A stretch of 36,312 nucleotides of DNA from Pseudodesulfovibrio sp. (GCA_022712815.1 JAFLJW010000030.1:1-36312), one strand, 5' to 3'; shown: positions 19,680 through 29,066, numbered from the stretch's first letter. The notes: generated from the sequence alone by a model not told the origin. Translations and numbers: made by a program.

Positions 19680-19713
19680 GCGCTACAAAAAGCGCAAGGG
19701 CGGCAGGTACACA

Positions 19714-20469
19714 ATGGGAAAGAAAGACAAGGCGCTCGAAAGACTCGGACAGATAATTCAGGATATGGAACTCAAGACCGGGGACCGACTTCCGCCTGAA
19801 CGAAGGCTCGTGGAGCTACTCACTGTCAGCCGCAACACCCTGCGCAGTATTCTACATTCACTGGAAGCACGTGGACTGGTGTCCATCAGGCCGGGAAGCG
19901 GCTGCTATCTACGGATCGGAATTTCAGCATCCCACGACAACCCTCTGGATCTGAACTTAAACCCGGAAAAGGCCATGGCAGATCAACTGGAGGCTGCATA
20001 CATGGTCATTCCCATGATCGCCGAACACGCTGCGGAACTCATCGGAGAACGCCATCTGGAAGCATTGAAGCAGTGCAGCGTGAACATCTCCCGTTCCATT
20101 TTCCAAAAATCGACCGAGCGAGTCTGGAATGAATGCCTGACTTTCTTTCGACTCATGGCAGTCGGCACGGGCAACGATTTTCTGGTGCGCACAGTGGAGC
20201 AGATATGTTCAGCGGACATGCCCGTTTACGACTTCTTCTTCTCCATGCGGCGGAATGAACGCGAGGCAATATTTGCAGACCACATCAAACTGCTGCACGC
20301 ACTCAGCGCCAGGGATGGAGAATGGGCCAGGTCCATTACAGCCAACTATTTCCTGCGTATGTGCAACATGTTGGAAGAACGCGAGCAGATACCCATGACC
20401 GATCTGATCTTCCGCTCACTAAGAGAAAAAGCAGAGCAGGACGAAAGGAATAGGCCATGGCAGGCATAA
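19714..20469 (+). CDS. GntR family, FadR subfamily transcriptional regulator
   Basis: wHTH GDRLPPERRLVELLTVSRNTLR...LEARGLV.IRPGSG; FCD-like C-terminus (TGNDFL, DHIKLLHAL). Confidence 0.92.
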   Translation: MGKKDKALERLGQIIQDMELKTGDRLPPERRLVELLTVSRNTLRSILHSLEARGLVSIRPGSGCYLRIGISASHDNPLDLNLNPEKAMADQLEAAYMVIPMIAEHAAELIGERHLEALKQCSVNISRSIFQKSTERVWNECLTFFRLMAVGTGNDFLVRTVEQICSADMPVYDFFFSMRRNEREAIFADHIKLLHALSARDGEWARSITANYFLRMCNMLEEREQIPMTDLIFRSLREKAEQDERNRPWQA

Positions 20470-20732
20470 CGCGCAGACAACTTTTCAGGGGGAGTTTCAA
20501 GACCGGGCAGCACGTTGCCGCCGTGGTCGCAGGCAATGGGCAATCCGAATCGGAAAGCAGACCGGACTTTTTGACCGAGTTGGAAGCCATTACCGGAGAT
20601 TTCCCCCCGGAAATGCTTTCTTTGGAAGCAAAACGACTGGGGCTGGACCCGGATTCCACGGACCGCGAAACCCTGCTGATGGCCATATACAAAGCCATGG
20701 CAGGGAGCGGCCCGGAAGAATCCGGGAGGTAA
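20457..20732 (+). CDS. Small acidic hypothetical protein with N-terminal twin-arginine-like motif
   Basis: 91-aa ORF, RBS AAAGGA, overlaps the gntR stop; begins MAGITRRQLFRG. Confidence 0.75.
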   Translation: MAGITRRQLFRGSFKTGQHVAAVVAGNGQSESESRPDFLTELEAITGDFPPEMLSLEAKRLGLDPDSTDRETLLMAIYKAMAGSGPEESGR

Positions 20733-20804
20733 CAACCGAACACTAACCGGGAAGGCGGGGTAGGGCCCGCGACCCGAAACTCTCCCTCAGAGAGGAGGTT
20801 GCTT

Positions 20805-22223
20805 ATGGAACGGTTTGGCGAAGGATACTTGGAAGAGCGAAAGCTCGTCAAGCGCTGGTCGGGACCAATTCCCGCACTGGCGAGCTTGGGGATAACACTC
20901 GCCGTCTTCTATATTACGTGGTGGATCTTTCAGGACCCGCGCGGCGTCATGCGCATGTATACTCCCTATGTCGGATACATGTACTGCCGCTGGTGGCTGA
21001 TAATCATGATCTGGATGGTCTATATCTTCAACTTCTGGCCATTCAAGCGCAAATGGCTTGAAACAGCACACCCGCTGATCAAGGGATCGATCATGACGGC
21101 GGTATCTGTGGGCATACTGGTTTTGCTGATCAAGGTCTTTTTTGAAGGGCTGCTCGGCAACTTCGGTCTGGCCTATTTCAACCCGAACCAACTTGAAAAA
21201 CTGCCGGGTATAACCAGCTTCTTTGCCATCGAATACTCGGCCCTGGCCATTCTCATGTTCGCGGCCATCGCAAGCTGGCTCTCCCCCGCCTGGGTGGTGG
21301 CTTGTGAGGAAGCGCCATGGCAAGACCTAAAACAACCAGCCAAGGGATTCTCCATCCTGATGCTGACTTTCTTCCTGTCCATGGTGGTCTATTTCGTGAC
21401 CATGCATCCGCACATGGGCATCCTGTACCATCCGTGGCAGTACTTCACCTCCATTGCTCCGCCGTACTGGGAACAGTTCGCGGACACCGTGTCCGGCAAC
21501 TTCCATGTTTCATGGATCATGTGCTGCACCGTGGTAGTCTGGCTGGTGGAAACCATCTGGGAACGCTATCCCTTCAACCTGATCAAGAACGACTGGGCAC
21601 GACGCTCTGCCAGCTTCTTCGGCATCATCGCCATTGCTCTGGCCATGCACTTCTTCCTCTACTTCGCGCAGGAACTGACCTGGGGCGAGGCCATCCGGGG
21701 AACCCGTCGTGCATTCGCACCTGACTGGCGCTGGCTCCATGTCGGCGAAATGGCAATCTTCTTCCTGGTCCCGGCCCTGTTTGTCTCATTCTACTGCGGC
21801 AACTGGCCCAAGAAGTACTCCATGCCCGTAAACGTACTGGTGCGTACCGCGATTACATTGGTGGCAGCCATTGCGCTGTACATCGCCTACTACAAGACCT
21901 CCCACCTGTTCCTGGGTACCCAAAAGGGCTTCTCCCATCCGCAGCAGTTCCCCATGATTCCGATGATCTGGCTGGTCAACATCTGGCTGGTACATCACTG
22001 GTTCATGGATAACTGGCCTGCCTGGAAGATGGTTCCCAAAACCGCAGAGGAAATTGAAGAGGATCACGAAACACACAGAGCCGCTATCGCCGATGTACGC
22101 TGGACACCCAGATTAGGTGCTGGCCTCGGATTCGGTATTGCCATGGGCGTGATCTTCTACTTCATCACCATCTGGGCTCTGCCCTCGGTGTATGCAGCCA
22201 TCAACATCATCCCTGGCAAATAG
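20805..22223 (+). CDS. Uncharacterised Trp/Phe-rich polytopic membrane protein, putative transporter
   Basis: About 11-12 hydrophobic segments; strong RBS GAGGAGG before ATG 20805; codons mostly end in C/G. Confidence 0.85.
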   Translation: MERFGEGYLEERKLVKRWSGPIPALASLGITLAVFYITWWIFQDPRGVMRMYTPYVGYMYCRWWLIIMIWMVYIFNFWPFKRKWLETAHPLIKGSIMTAVSVGILVLLIKVFFEGLLGNFGLAYFNPNQLEKLPGITSFFAIEYSALAILMFAAIASWLSPAWVVACEEAPWQDLKQPAKGFSILMLTFFLSMVVYFVTMHPHMGILYHPWQYFTSIAPPYWEQFADTVSGNFHVSWIMCCTVVVWLVETIWERYPFNLIKNDWARRSASFFGIIAIALAMHFFLYFAQELTWGEAIRGTRRAFAPDWRWLHVGEMAIFFLVPALFVSFYCGNWPKKYSMPVNVLVRTAITLVAAIALYIAYYKTSHLFLGTQKGFSHPQQFPMIPMIWLVNIWLVHHWFMDNWPAWKMVPKTAEEIEEDHETHRAAIADVRWTPRLGAGLGFGIAMGVIFYFITIWALPSVYAAINIIPGK

Positions 22224-22241
22224 CCGAAACAGGAGAATCGC

Positions 22242-23399
22242 ATGTCAGACAATATGAAAAGACGCGACTTCCTGAAGGGAGCCGCCACCGGAGTGGGTAT
22301 CGGGTTGCTGGGAGCCATGGGACTGTATTCCTATTCACCCATGCGCAAAAGCAACTTCACCCAGGCAGAACGTAAAATGAACGACATCGGCGTATGCAAA
22401 AGCGTCAAAGTCACCAACATATCGGAAACCAGCTGGTTCGAAAACGGCATACTCATGGGCGACATCAAGGGTGCAGGTGGCCTGCTCGTGAACCAATACG
22501 ACTACAACTGGCCTCCGTTCGGCAATGGCAAGGGCCTCGGCAAAGGCTCCTACGAGGAAGGCATTGCCAATATCAAGCACCTGCTGCCAAACAATCTGGA
22601 AGAAGCATGGGATATCATTGAAACCAACTCCGTGCATCCCGAAAATGCTGGTGGCTACGCCGCCCTGGTGGAAATCGAAGAGATGAACGGCAACAAGCAC
22701 AAGTACCTCCTCGATGTAGGCTGGTCCTACAAATGGTGCGACGAATGCTTCAAACGGGAAGGCATCGACAAGATGCTTGAGAACAAGGAGATCGAAGCCC
22801 TGTTCTTCTCCCATGAGCACTTTGATCACTTCTGGGGACTTCCGGTCGCATTGAAATACGACCCGGAAATCACCATCTATATCCCTGAAGGCTTCTACCC
22901 GGAAGGATTGCAGTACATCAAAGACTGCGGCCACAAGGGCAAGCTGATCACGGTAAAGACCGGCCTGAACAAGATCATTCCCGGCATGGCAAGCTATGTC
23001 TTCGCCATCCCCATCATCTGCCGCGTATACGGAGAGCAATCCCTGTACTTCAATGTGAAGGACAAGGGACTGGTCAGCGTCACCGGATGTTGCCATCAGG
23101 GCATCATTCGTTTTGCCGAGACCGCATACAGTGAGATCAAGTACGAAAAGGACAAGTTCTACGGCATCTATGGCGGGTTGCATATCTCGCCTTTTGATGA
23201 CTGGGACCCCAAGTACGATGACCTTGTCATCTCGCTGGGCAACTATGGCTTTGAGCGCATCGGCTGCAACCATTGCACCGGTATACTCTGCGCAAAAAAG
23301 TTCATCGCCGCCGGATATCCAGTAATAGAAGGAACCGCCCGATTCAGATCCAAGGACAAGGCCTACCTTGGTAACGGGGACATCATTACCTTCGGATAA
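22242..23399 (+). CDS. Tat-exported metallo-beta-lactamase-fold hydrolase (DHPS-like/MJ0301-type MBL subgroup)
   Basis: Tat signal KRRDFLK followed by an h-region; LLDVG, SHEHFDH (HxHxDH), TGCCH, GGLH, HCTG motifs; RBS AGGAG. Confidence 0.9.
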   Translation: MSDNMKRRDFLKGAATGVGIGLLGAMGLYSYSPMRKSNFTQAERKMNDIGVCKSVKVTNISETSWFENGILMGDIKGAGGLLVNQYDYNWPPFGNGKGLGKGSYEEGIANIKHLLPNNLEEAWDIIETNSVHPENAGGYAALVEIEEMNGNKHKYLLDVGWSYKWCDECFKREGIDKMLENKEIEALFFSHEHFDHFWGLPVALKYDPEITIYIPEGFYPEGLQYIKDCGHKGKLITVKTGLNKIIPGMASYVFAIPIICRVYGEQSLYFNVKDKGLVSVTGCCHQGIIRFAETAYSEIKYEKDKFYGIYGGLHISPFDDWDPKYDDLVISLGNYGFERIGCNHCTGILCAKKFIAAGYPVIEGTARFRSKDKAYLGNGDIITFG

Positions 23400-23413
23400 A
23401 CCCTAACTCAATC

Positions 23414-23448
23414 CCGGCCGCCCCTCTTGCCCCAAGAAGGGCGGCCGG
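23414..23448 (+). other. GC-rich intergenic stem-loop without U-tract (mRNA stabiliser/attenuator)
   Basis: CCGGCCGCCC-c-TCTTG-ccc-CAAGA-a-GGGCGGCCGG between the MBL stop and the CobW RBS. Confidence 0.65.
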
Positions 23449-23465
23449 CAAATTTTGGAGTTACC

Positions 23466-25289
23466 ATGCCCCCCTCCCTAAGTTCCCTGCTCCCTCCGAC
23501 GTTGCTGGAAAAACCAGCACAAGCCGCAGCGGAGCTGCCACGCGCCCTGATGACCAGATCCAACTTCATTCCCGGCGTGCGGCACAGACTAGGTTGGCGC
23601 GGTGTACGCGACTGTGCCAAAGGACATGGCGGCCTGACTGTTCGCGTTGCCAGCATGCCCGGCATATACGGCCTGAGCCTCCTGAACACCGGCAAGCACA
23701 ACAAAACAGGCTTGGCGACTTTCAGTATCTCCTATTTCCCGACCCCGTCCGAAGACCTGATCGAATTATTCAGTATACAGGCAGGTATTGCGGCCCAAGC
23801 CGAAGACTATCTGGAACGCGTCCGCGAATTCACCCTGCACGACGACCTGCGCGCCCTGTTCGGCATTGCGGTCCTCGAAGCATATTCCCACCCCGCGGCC
23901 ACGGGCATGGCACTGGCCCTAACCGCCCCAAAGCAGGATATTGTGATCGCCCTTGACGGCATCACCGTACAAACCCCAAGCGGTCCGGTGCAGGCAGTCG
24001 CACCAAACGGCGAAGACCAAAATCTTCCGGCGCAGGACATCGCCATGCCCCTCTTCAACGCACTGGCGGCTTCAGCTTCCTACTGCCTCGGCACCCCTCC
24101 GCAAGCCCTGACACAAAGCTCCCGACCGGCGATGCAACGGACATACGGCAACAAGTCAGGCCTGACGTCCAAACCCGCCCCCTTGATTCAGGACAAGCGA
24201 TTCGGCCTTGGCTGGGGCATGTCGGTCCCGAAAAACATGGACATGAAAACAACGGACCTGACCTGGGCTGAACCAGACCCGTTGCCCGAAGAATTCAAGG
24301 ATGCCTCATGGCTGTCAGCAGATATTCCCGGTGCCGACAACAGTCTGGACAAGCGAGCCATGGGTATCAAGGAAAACCCCCGGCTCATCGTGCTGACAGG
24401 GTGCCGCGGAGCAGGAAAAACCACCTTCCTGGCCCGATTTATCGAGGAGCAGGCCGCCAAGAACGGCTTTGTGGCCGTCATCCAGAACGAAATCGGCCAA
24501 AAGGGACTGGACGGCAAACTGCTCGGCCAGAACTACGCCGTCACCGAAGTGGACGAGGGATGCGTCTGTTGCACCCTGGCAGGCAGCCTGCGCTCGGCCC
24601 TGTCTGACATCCTCTCTAAATTTCAACCAGATTTTGTGGTTCTGGAAACCACAGGACTGGCAAATCCAGCCAATTTGCTCTCGGAAATAGCAGACCTCGA
24701 CGATATGCTGGAATTCAGCTCTGTCACCACTATACTGGATGCTCCCGGAGCCAAACGCGCCCTGACAGAACATGAAGTCGCCAGAAGTCAGGTCCGGCTG
24801 GCCGATGTGCTGCTGATAAACAAAACAGACCTTGCAACCAAGGAAGAACTTGAGGAACTCGAAACACACATACGAGAACTGAACACCACAGGCTCCATCC
24901 ACCGCGTCGCATACGGCGACATCCAGGCAACGGCACTCTATGGCGTAAATTTCCGCAACACCCCGAACCGCCCGGCCCCAAGCATCCCCGTCATGGGCAT
25001 GCACGCCACCCATCTGGACGATGACATCCAAAGCGCCCTCATCACCCTAAATGGCCCCGTGAACCGAGACGCCTTTAAACAGGGTGTGGCTGCACTGCCC
25101 GATCAAGTCCTCCGAGCCAAGGGCATAGTCCGCTTTAAGGACACAGAACCGGCAGAAATATTCCAATATGTACCGGGATATAGCGACCTGACTCCCACAG
25201 ATGCCAAGCCAAAGGATTATTTTCTGGTCATCATAGGACAAGATTCTTCGCGTATCGCCGCCGACTTCCGGGAACGGGTCGGTATTTAA
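23466..25289 (+). CDS. CobW/COG0523 (G3E) metallochaperone GTPase with about 300-aa N-terminal extension
   Basis: LTGCRGAGKTT, NEIG, GCVCC, LETTG, NKTD, CobW_C-like LRAKG; ATG 23466 behind GGAG. Confidence 0.88.
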   Translation: MPPSLSSLLPPTLLEKPAQAAAELPRALMTRSNFIPGVRHRLGWRGVRDCAKGHGGLTVRVASMPGIYGLSLLNTGKHNKTGLATFSISYFPTPSEDLIELFSIQAGIAAQAEDYLERVREFTLHDDLRALFGIAVLEAYSHPAATGMALALTAPKQDIVIALDGITVQTPSGPVQAVAPNGEDQNLPAQDIAMPLFNALAASASYCLGTPPQALTQSSRPAMQRTYGNKSGLTSKPAPLIQDKRFGLGWGMSVPKNMDMKTTDLTWAEPDPLPEEFKDASWLSADIPGADNSLDKRAMGIKENPRLIVLTGCRGAGKTTFLARFIEEQAAKNGFVAVIQNEIGQKGLDGKLLGQNYAVTEVDEGCVCCTLAGSLRSALSDILSKFQPDFVVLETTGLANPANLLSEIADLDDMLEFSSVTTILDAPGAKRALTEHEVARSQVRLADVLLINKTDLATKEELEELETHIRELNTTGSIHRVAYGDIQATALYGVNFRNTPNRPAPSIPVMGMHATHLDDDIQSALITLNGPVNRDAFKQGVAALPDQVLRAKGIVRFKDTEPAEIFQYVPGYSDLTPTDAKPKDYFLVIIGQDSSRIAADFRERVGI

Positions 25290-25325
25290 CTAGGGAAAAC
25301 AAAAAAGAGTAATCGTTACAGCTTG

Positions 25326-26921
25326 TTAGACGACTGAAGCAAGCAACTCACGAGTATAGGCCTCCTGAGGGGCAGCAAAAACCGCAGGCACGCTCCCATG
25401 CTCAATGGCCCGACCTTCACGAAAAACAACCACCTCATGACACAGGGAACGCACCAGACTAAAATCATGGGTGATGAATATATATGTCACCCCATGCGTC
25501 TTGCCCAACCGGGCCAAAAGTTCGACCATTTGCATTTGCAGGGGCTTGTCCAAGGCGGAAGTCGGCTCGTCCAGAATCATGAGTTGCGGTCGCATGACCA
25601 ATGCCCTGGCCACGGCGACCCGCTGTCTTTGACCACCGGAAAATTCATGGGGGTAGCGATCCATCATGTCTTTGCTCAACCCCACTTCCCGCAACATGGT
25701 TCGGACAAGAGTTTCTCGCTCGGTCATGGTCCCCACTTTATGAACGTTAAGCCCTTCCATGATTATCTGACCGATAGTCATCCGGGGATTGAGACTGGCA
25801 AACGGATCTTGAAAGACAGGCTGCATGCGCCGCCTGACAGAAACCATGACAGATTTCCCCTGTCCGGCTATATTCCGACCAGCAAAGACTATTTTTCCGG
25901 TGGATTGAACCAAACCAAGCACGGCTCCTGCAAAAGTGGATTTCCCGGACCCAGATTCACCAACAATGGCCAGGTTGCGTCCAGCGTGAACCGTGACATC
26001 CACTCCATCCACGGCCCGAAATTTCGGTGTAATCCACAGTTTTCCTTCGCGCAATCCCATGCGCCCCGGTTGCTTGAAATCCACGGTGAGTCCTCGTGTC
26101 TCCAACAGGCAGGCCCCGCGTTTTGTCTCCGGGGCCGCCTTTGGCAAGGCTGTATCCAAAAGAATTCGAGTATACTCGTGTTTTCCATGCGCGAAAAGTG
26201 TCGCCGTTGGAGCAAATTCTACAACTTTGCCACCACACATGACAGCGACGAAGTCAGAATGCTTGCGAACGGTCTGCAAATCGTGAGTAATAAGCAATAC
26301 TGCCATACCAAGCTCGCGACGCAAGGAGGAAAGCAGATCGAGAATGCGTGCTTGCACGGTCATATCCAAAGAAGTGGTAGGTTCGTCCGCGATGAGCAAA
26401 TCCGGTTTGTTGGCAAGAGCCATGGCTATCATGACCCGCTGGCGTTGTCCGCCGGAAAGCTGATGCGGGTAGGCCTTGAGCTTTGATTCAGGATCAGGAA
26501 TGCGCACCAACTCCAGGAGTTCCAGCACTCGTCGCCGTATTTCAGACTTTGACATACGCGTGTGAACAGCCAAAACTTCAGCAATCTGCTTTTCCACACA
26601 ATGCAATGGATTAAGTGCTGATTGTGGTTCTTGAAAAATCATGCCCACTCTGTTCCCGCGTATGGATCTGAGAGTCTCACAGGATGCGGAAAGCATATCC
26701 ATCCCTCCCAGAGTGACAGTCCCACGAGTGCGTATGCCACTCCCGGAAAGCAGCCCCATGACGGCCTGAGCCGTGACGGATTTGCCGGAACCGCTCTCCC
26801 CCACCAAGGCAAGGCATTTTCCTTTTTGCAGGGTGAAATCAAGATTGCGTACAGCCTTGATTTCCTGCGACTGCCCTATGAAGGAGACAGAGAGGTTTCG
26901 TATTTCAAGCAATGGGTTCAT
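25326..26921 (-). CDS. yejF: Dual-domain ABC ATPase, YejF-like
   Basis: Two GESGSGKS Walker A motifs, YPHQLSGGQRQR and YPHEFSGGQRQR, DEPT. Confidence 0.88.
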   Translation of the reverse strand: MNPLLEIRNLSVSFIGQSQEIKAVRNLDFTLQKGKCLALVGESGSGKSVTAQAVMGLLSGSGIRTRGTVTLGGMDMLSASCETLRSIRGNRVGMIFQEPQSALNPLHCVEKQIAEVLAVHTRMSKSEIRRRVLELLELVRIPDPESKLKAYPHQLSGGQRQRVMIAMALANKPDLLIADEPTTSLDMTVQARILDLLSSLRRELGMAVLLITHDLQTVRKHSDFVAVMCGGKVVEFAPTATLFAHGKHEYTRILLDTALPKAAPETKRGACLLETRGLTVDFKQPGRMGLREGKLWITPKFRAVDGVDVTVHAGRNLAIVGESGSGKSTFAGAVLGLVQSTGKIVFAGRNIAGQGKSVMVSVRRRMQPVFQDPFASLNPRMTIGQIIMEGLNVHKVGTMTERETLVRTMLREVGLSKDMMDRYPHEFSGGQRQRVAVARALVMRPQLMILDEPTSALDKPLQMQMVELLARLGKTHGVTYIFITHDFSLVRSLCHEVVVFREGRAIEHGSVPAVFAAPQEAYTRELLASVV

Positions 26922-27967
26922 CGGTGTCCTCCACCGCTACTGGTAGAAAAGGGAGCCATGGCATCACGGGTCGCCTCACCGATAAAAACCAGCATGGCGA
27001 GTAACAGGCCGAGGATGCCAAAAGCAGAAATACCAATCCACGGTGCGTGCAGGTTGGCCTTGCCCTGTGCCAACAGCTCGCCAAGAGCCGGAGAATCAGG
27101 CGGCAAACCAAAACCAAGAAAATCCAATGATGTCAAGGTAGTGATAGAGCCATTGAGGATAAACGGCATAAAGGTCAATGTCGCCACCAGGGCGTTGGGC
27201 AAAATATGACGAAACATGATGCCCATCTCGCTCACACCCAAAGCCCGGGCCGCTTTCACGTATTCAAGATTACGGCAACGCAGGAACTCCGCACGCACCA
27301 CGTCCACCAGACCCATCCAGCTGAACAGGAGCATGATCCCAAGCAACATCCAAAAAGTGGGTTCGGTAAAGCTGGCCAGAATGATGAGCAAATATGTCAG
27401 TGGCAATCCGCCCCAGATTTCAATAAATCGCTGCCCGAGTATATCGGTCCAGCCGCCATTATAGCCGAGATACGCCCCCACCAAAATGCCCCCGGCTGAC
27501 CCGATGATGGCCAGGGTCAGGCCAAAAAACATGGAAAGCCGGAACCCGTAGAGCACACGGGCAAACACATCGCGCCCGTTCTCGTCGGTACCAAGCGGAT
27601 TCTCCATGCTGGGTGGAGCCGGAAAGGGGGCATCGCAAGAAAAATTAATGGTGTCATAGCTAAACCGCACCAAGGGCCAAACCATCCATCCCTCATCGTT
27701 TATGAAAGCTTGCACCACCGGGTCCCGAAAGTCTGCCGGGGTACGAAACACACCGCCAAACAACGTTTCAGGGCATTCCTCCACCATAGGGAAATAGTAC
27801 TGGGACTGGTATTTCACCAGAAACGGTTTGTCATTGGCCACCAGTTCGGCGCACAGGCTCAGGCCGAACAAGGCCAGGAGAAGAAGCAGGGAATAATATC
27901 CCTTGCGGTTAGCCTTGAATGCGAGCCACCGGCGACGGTTGAGACCTGAAAGAGTAAAATATTTCAT
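26918..27967 (-). CDS. yejE: ABC permease, YejE-like
   Basis: RRWLAFKANRKGY, AELVANDKP, LGTDENGRDVFARVLYGFR, RAEFLR, SLDFLGFGLP, LGELLAQGK. Confidence 0.9.
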   Translation of the reverse strand: MKYFTLSGLNRRRWLAFKANRKGYYSLLLLLALFGLSLCAELVANDKPFLVKYQSQYYFPMVEECPETLFGGVFRTPADFRDPVVQAFINDEGWMVWPLVRFSYDTINFSCDAPFPAPPSMENPLGTDENGRDVFARVLYGFRLSMFFGLTLAIIGSAGGILVGAYLGYNGGWTDILGQRFIEIWGGLPLTYLLIILASFTEPTFWMLLGIMLLFSWMGLVDVVRAEFLRCRNLEYVKAARALGVSEMGIMFRHILPNALVATLTFMPFILNGSITTLTSLDFLGFGLPPDSPALGELLAQGKANLHAPWIGISAFGILGLLLAMLVFIGEATRDAMAPFSTSSGGGHR

Positions 27968-27970
27968 GGC

Positions 27971-29065
27971 TTAACTATCAAAGGAATCAAAGTTGATACG
28001 CGGATCAACAAACATATAGGTAATGTCACAAATCACCTTCATGCCTAACCCCACAATGGAAGCTATGTACAGAGACGCAAACATGACCGGATAATCACGT
28101 TCCATGGCTGCCTCGAACCCCATGAGTCCCAACCCATCCAACGAAAAGATGACCTCTACCAACAAGGAACCAGTGAAGAAAATCCCGAGAAAAGCGGCAG
28201 GAAAGCCAGAGATGACCAACAGCATTGCATTGCGAAAAACATGACCGTAAAGCACTCGCTTCTCTGTCAGCCCCTTGGCCCGAGCGGTCATGACATAAAG
28301 TTTGCCGATCTCATCCAAAAAGCAGTTTTTCGTGAGCAAGGTCAGCCCGGCAAAACCACCCAACACCATGGCCGTCACGGGCAAAACCATGTGCCATGCA
28401 TAATCAAGAATCTGCCCCATGAGGCTCAACTGGGGGAAATCGGGCGAGGTCAGACCCCGTAGCGGAAACCATTGAAAATATCGTCCGCCCGCCGTAAAAA
28501 TGATCAGCAGTACAGCGAACAAAAAAGTGGGAATGGCATTGCCCAAAATCACCATCGTGGTTGTCCAAAGATCAAAACGGGTACCGTTGCGAACCGCTTT
28601 GGTTATACCCAAGGGAATGGATATCAAATAAATGATCAAAGTACTCCACAACCCCAGAGACACAGACACCGGCATTTTTTCAATAATAAGGTCCACCACA
28701 GTGGCGTCCCGGAAAAAGCTCTCACCCAAATTCAACGTGGCGTAGTTCTTCAGCATGAGCAAAAAACGTTCGCCCACAGGTTTGTCAAAGCCATAGTATT
28801 GCTCTATTTGCTTTATCAGTTCCGGGTCCAGTCCGTCGGCCCCCTTGTAAAAGGACCGGGACACTGAAGTGTTAGCAATCTGAACCTCATCCTGACCACC
28901 GCCGGTAATCCGTTCCAACACACTGTGTTCCTCGCCGCTCATCCGGGCAATGGTCTGCTCCACCGGCCCCCCCGGAGCGAGTTGGATAACAAAAAAATTC
29001 ACTGCAAGAATCCCAAGCAATGTTGGAATCAAAAAAAGAATACGTTTTGAAAAATATTTCAGCAT
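27971..29065 (-). CDS. yejB: ABC permease, YejB-like
   Basis: IQLAPGGPVEQ, YGFDKP, EKMPVSVSLGLW, WFPLRGL, LTKNCFLDEI, HVFRNAML, RDYPVMF, VDPRINF. Confidence 0.92.
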   Translation of the reverse strand: MLKYFSKRILFLIPTLLGILAVNFFVIQLAPGGPVEQTIARMSGEEHSVLERITGGGQDEVQIANTSVSRSFYKGADGLDPELIKQIEQYYGFDKPVGERFLLMLKNYATLNLGESFFRDATVVDLIIEKMPVSVSLGLWSTLIIYLISIPLGITKAVRNGTRFDLWTTTMVILGNAIPTFLFAVLLIIFTAGGRYFQWFPLRGLTSPDFPQLSLMGQILDYAWHMVLPVTAMVLGGFAGLTLLTKNCFLDEIGKLYVMTARAKGLTEKRVLYGHVFRNAMLLVISGFPAAFLGIFFTGSLLVEVIFSLDGLGLMGFEAAMERDYPVMFASLYIASIVGLGMKVICDITYMFVDPRINFDSFDS

Positions 29066-29066
29066 A

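Noticed and set aside
22335-23273. 312-aa - strand ORF
   Set aside because: Antisense to the MBL gene; expected by-product of its biased codon usage.
22242-23399. Antibiotic-resistance metallo-beta-lactamase
   Set aside because: Motifs match the DHPS-like MBL-fold subgroup, not class B beta-lactamases.
25398-26486. 362-aa + strand ORF
   Set aside because: Typical antisense ORF of an ABC ATPase gene.
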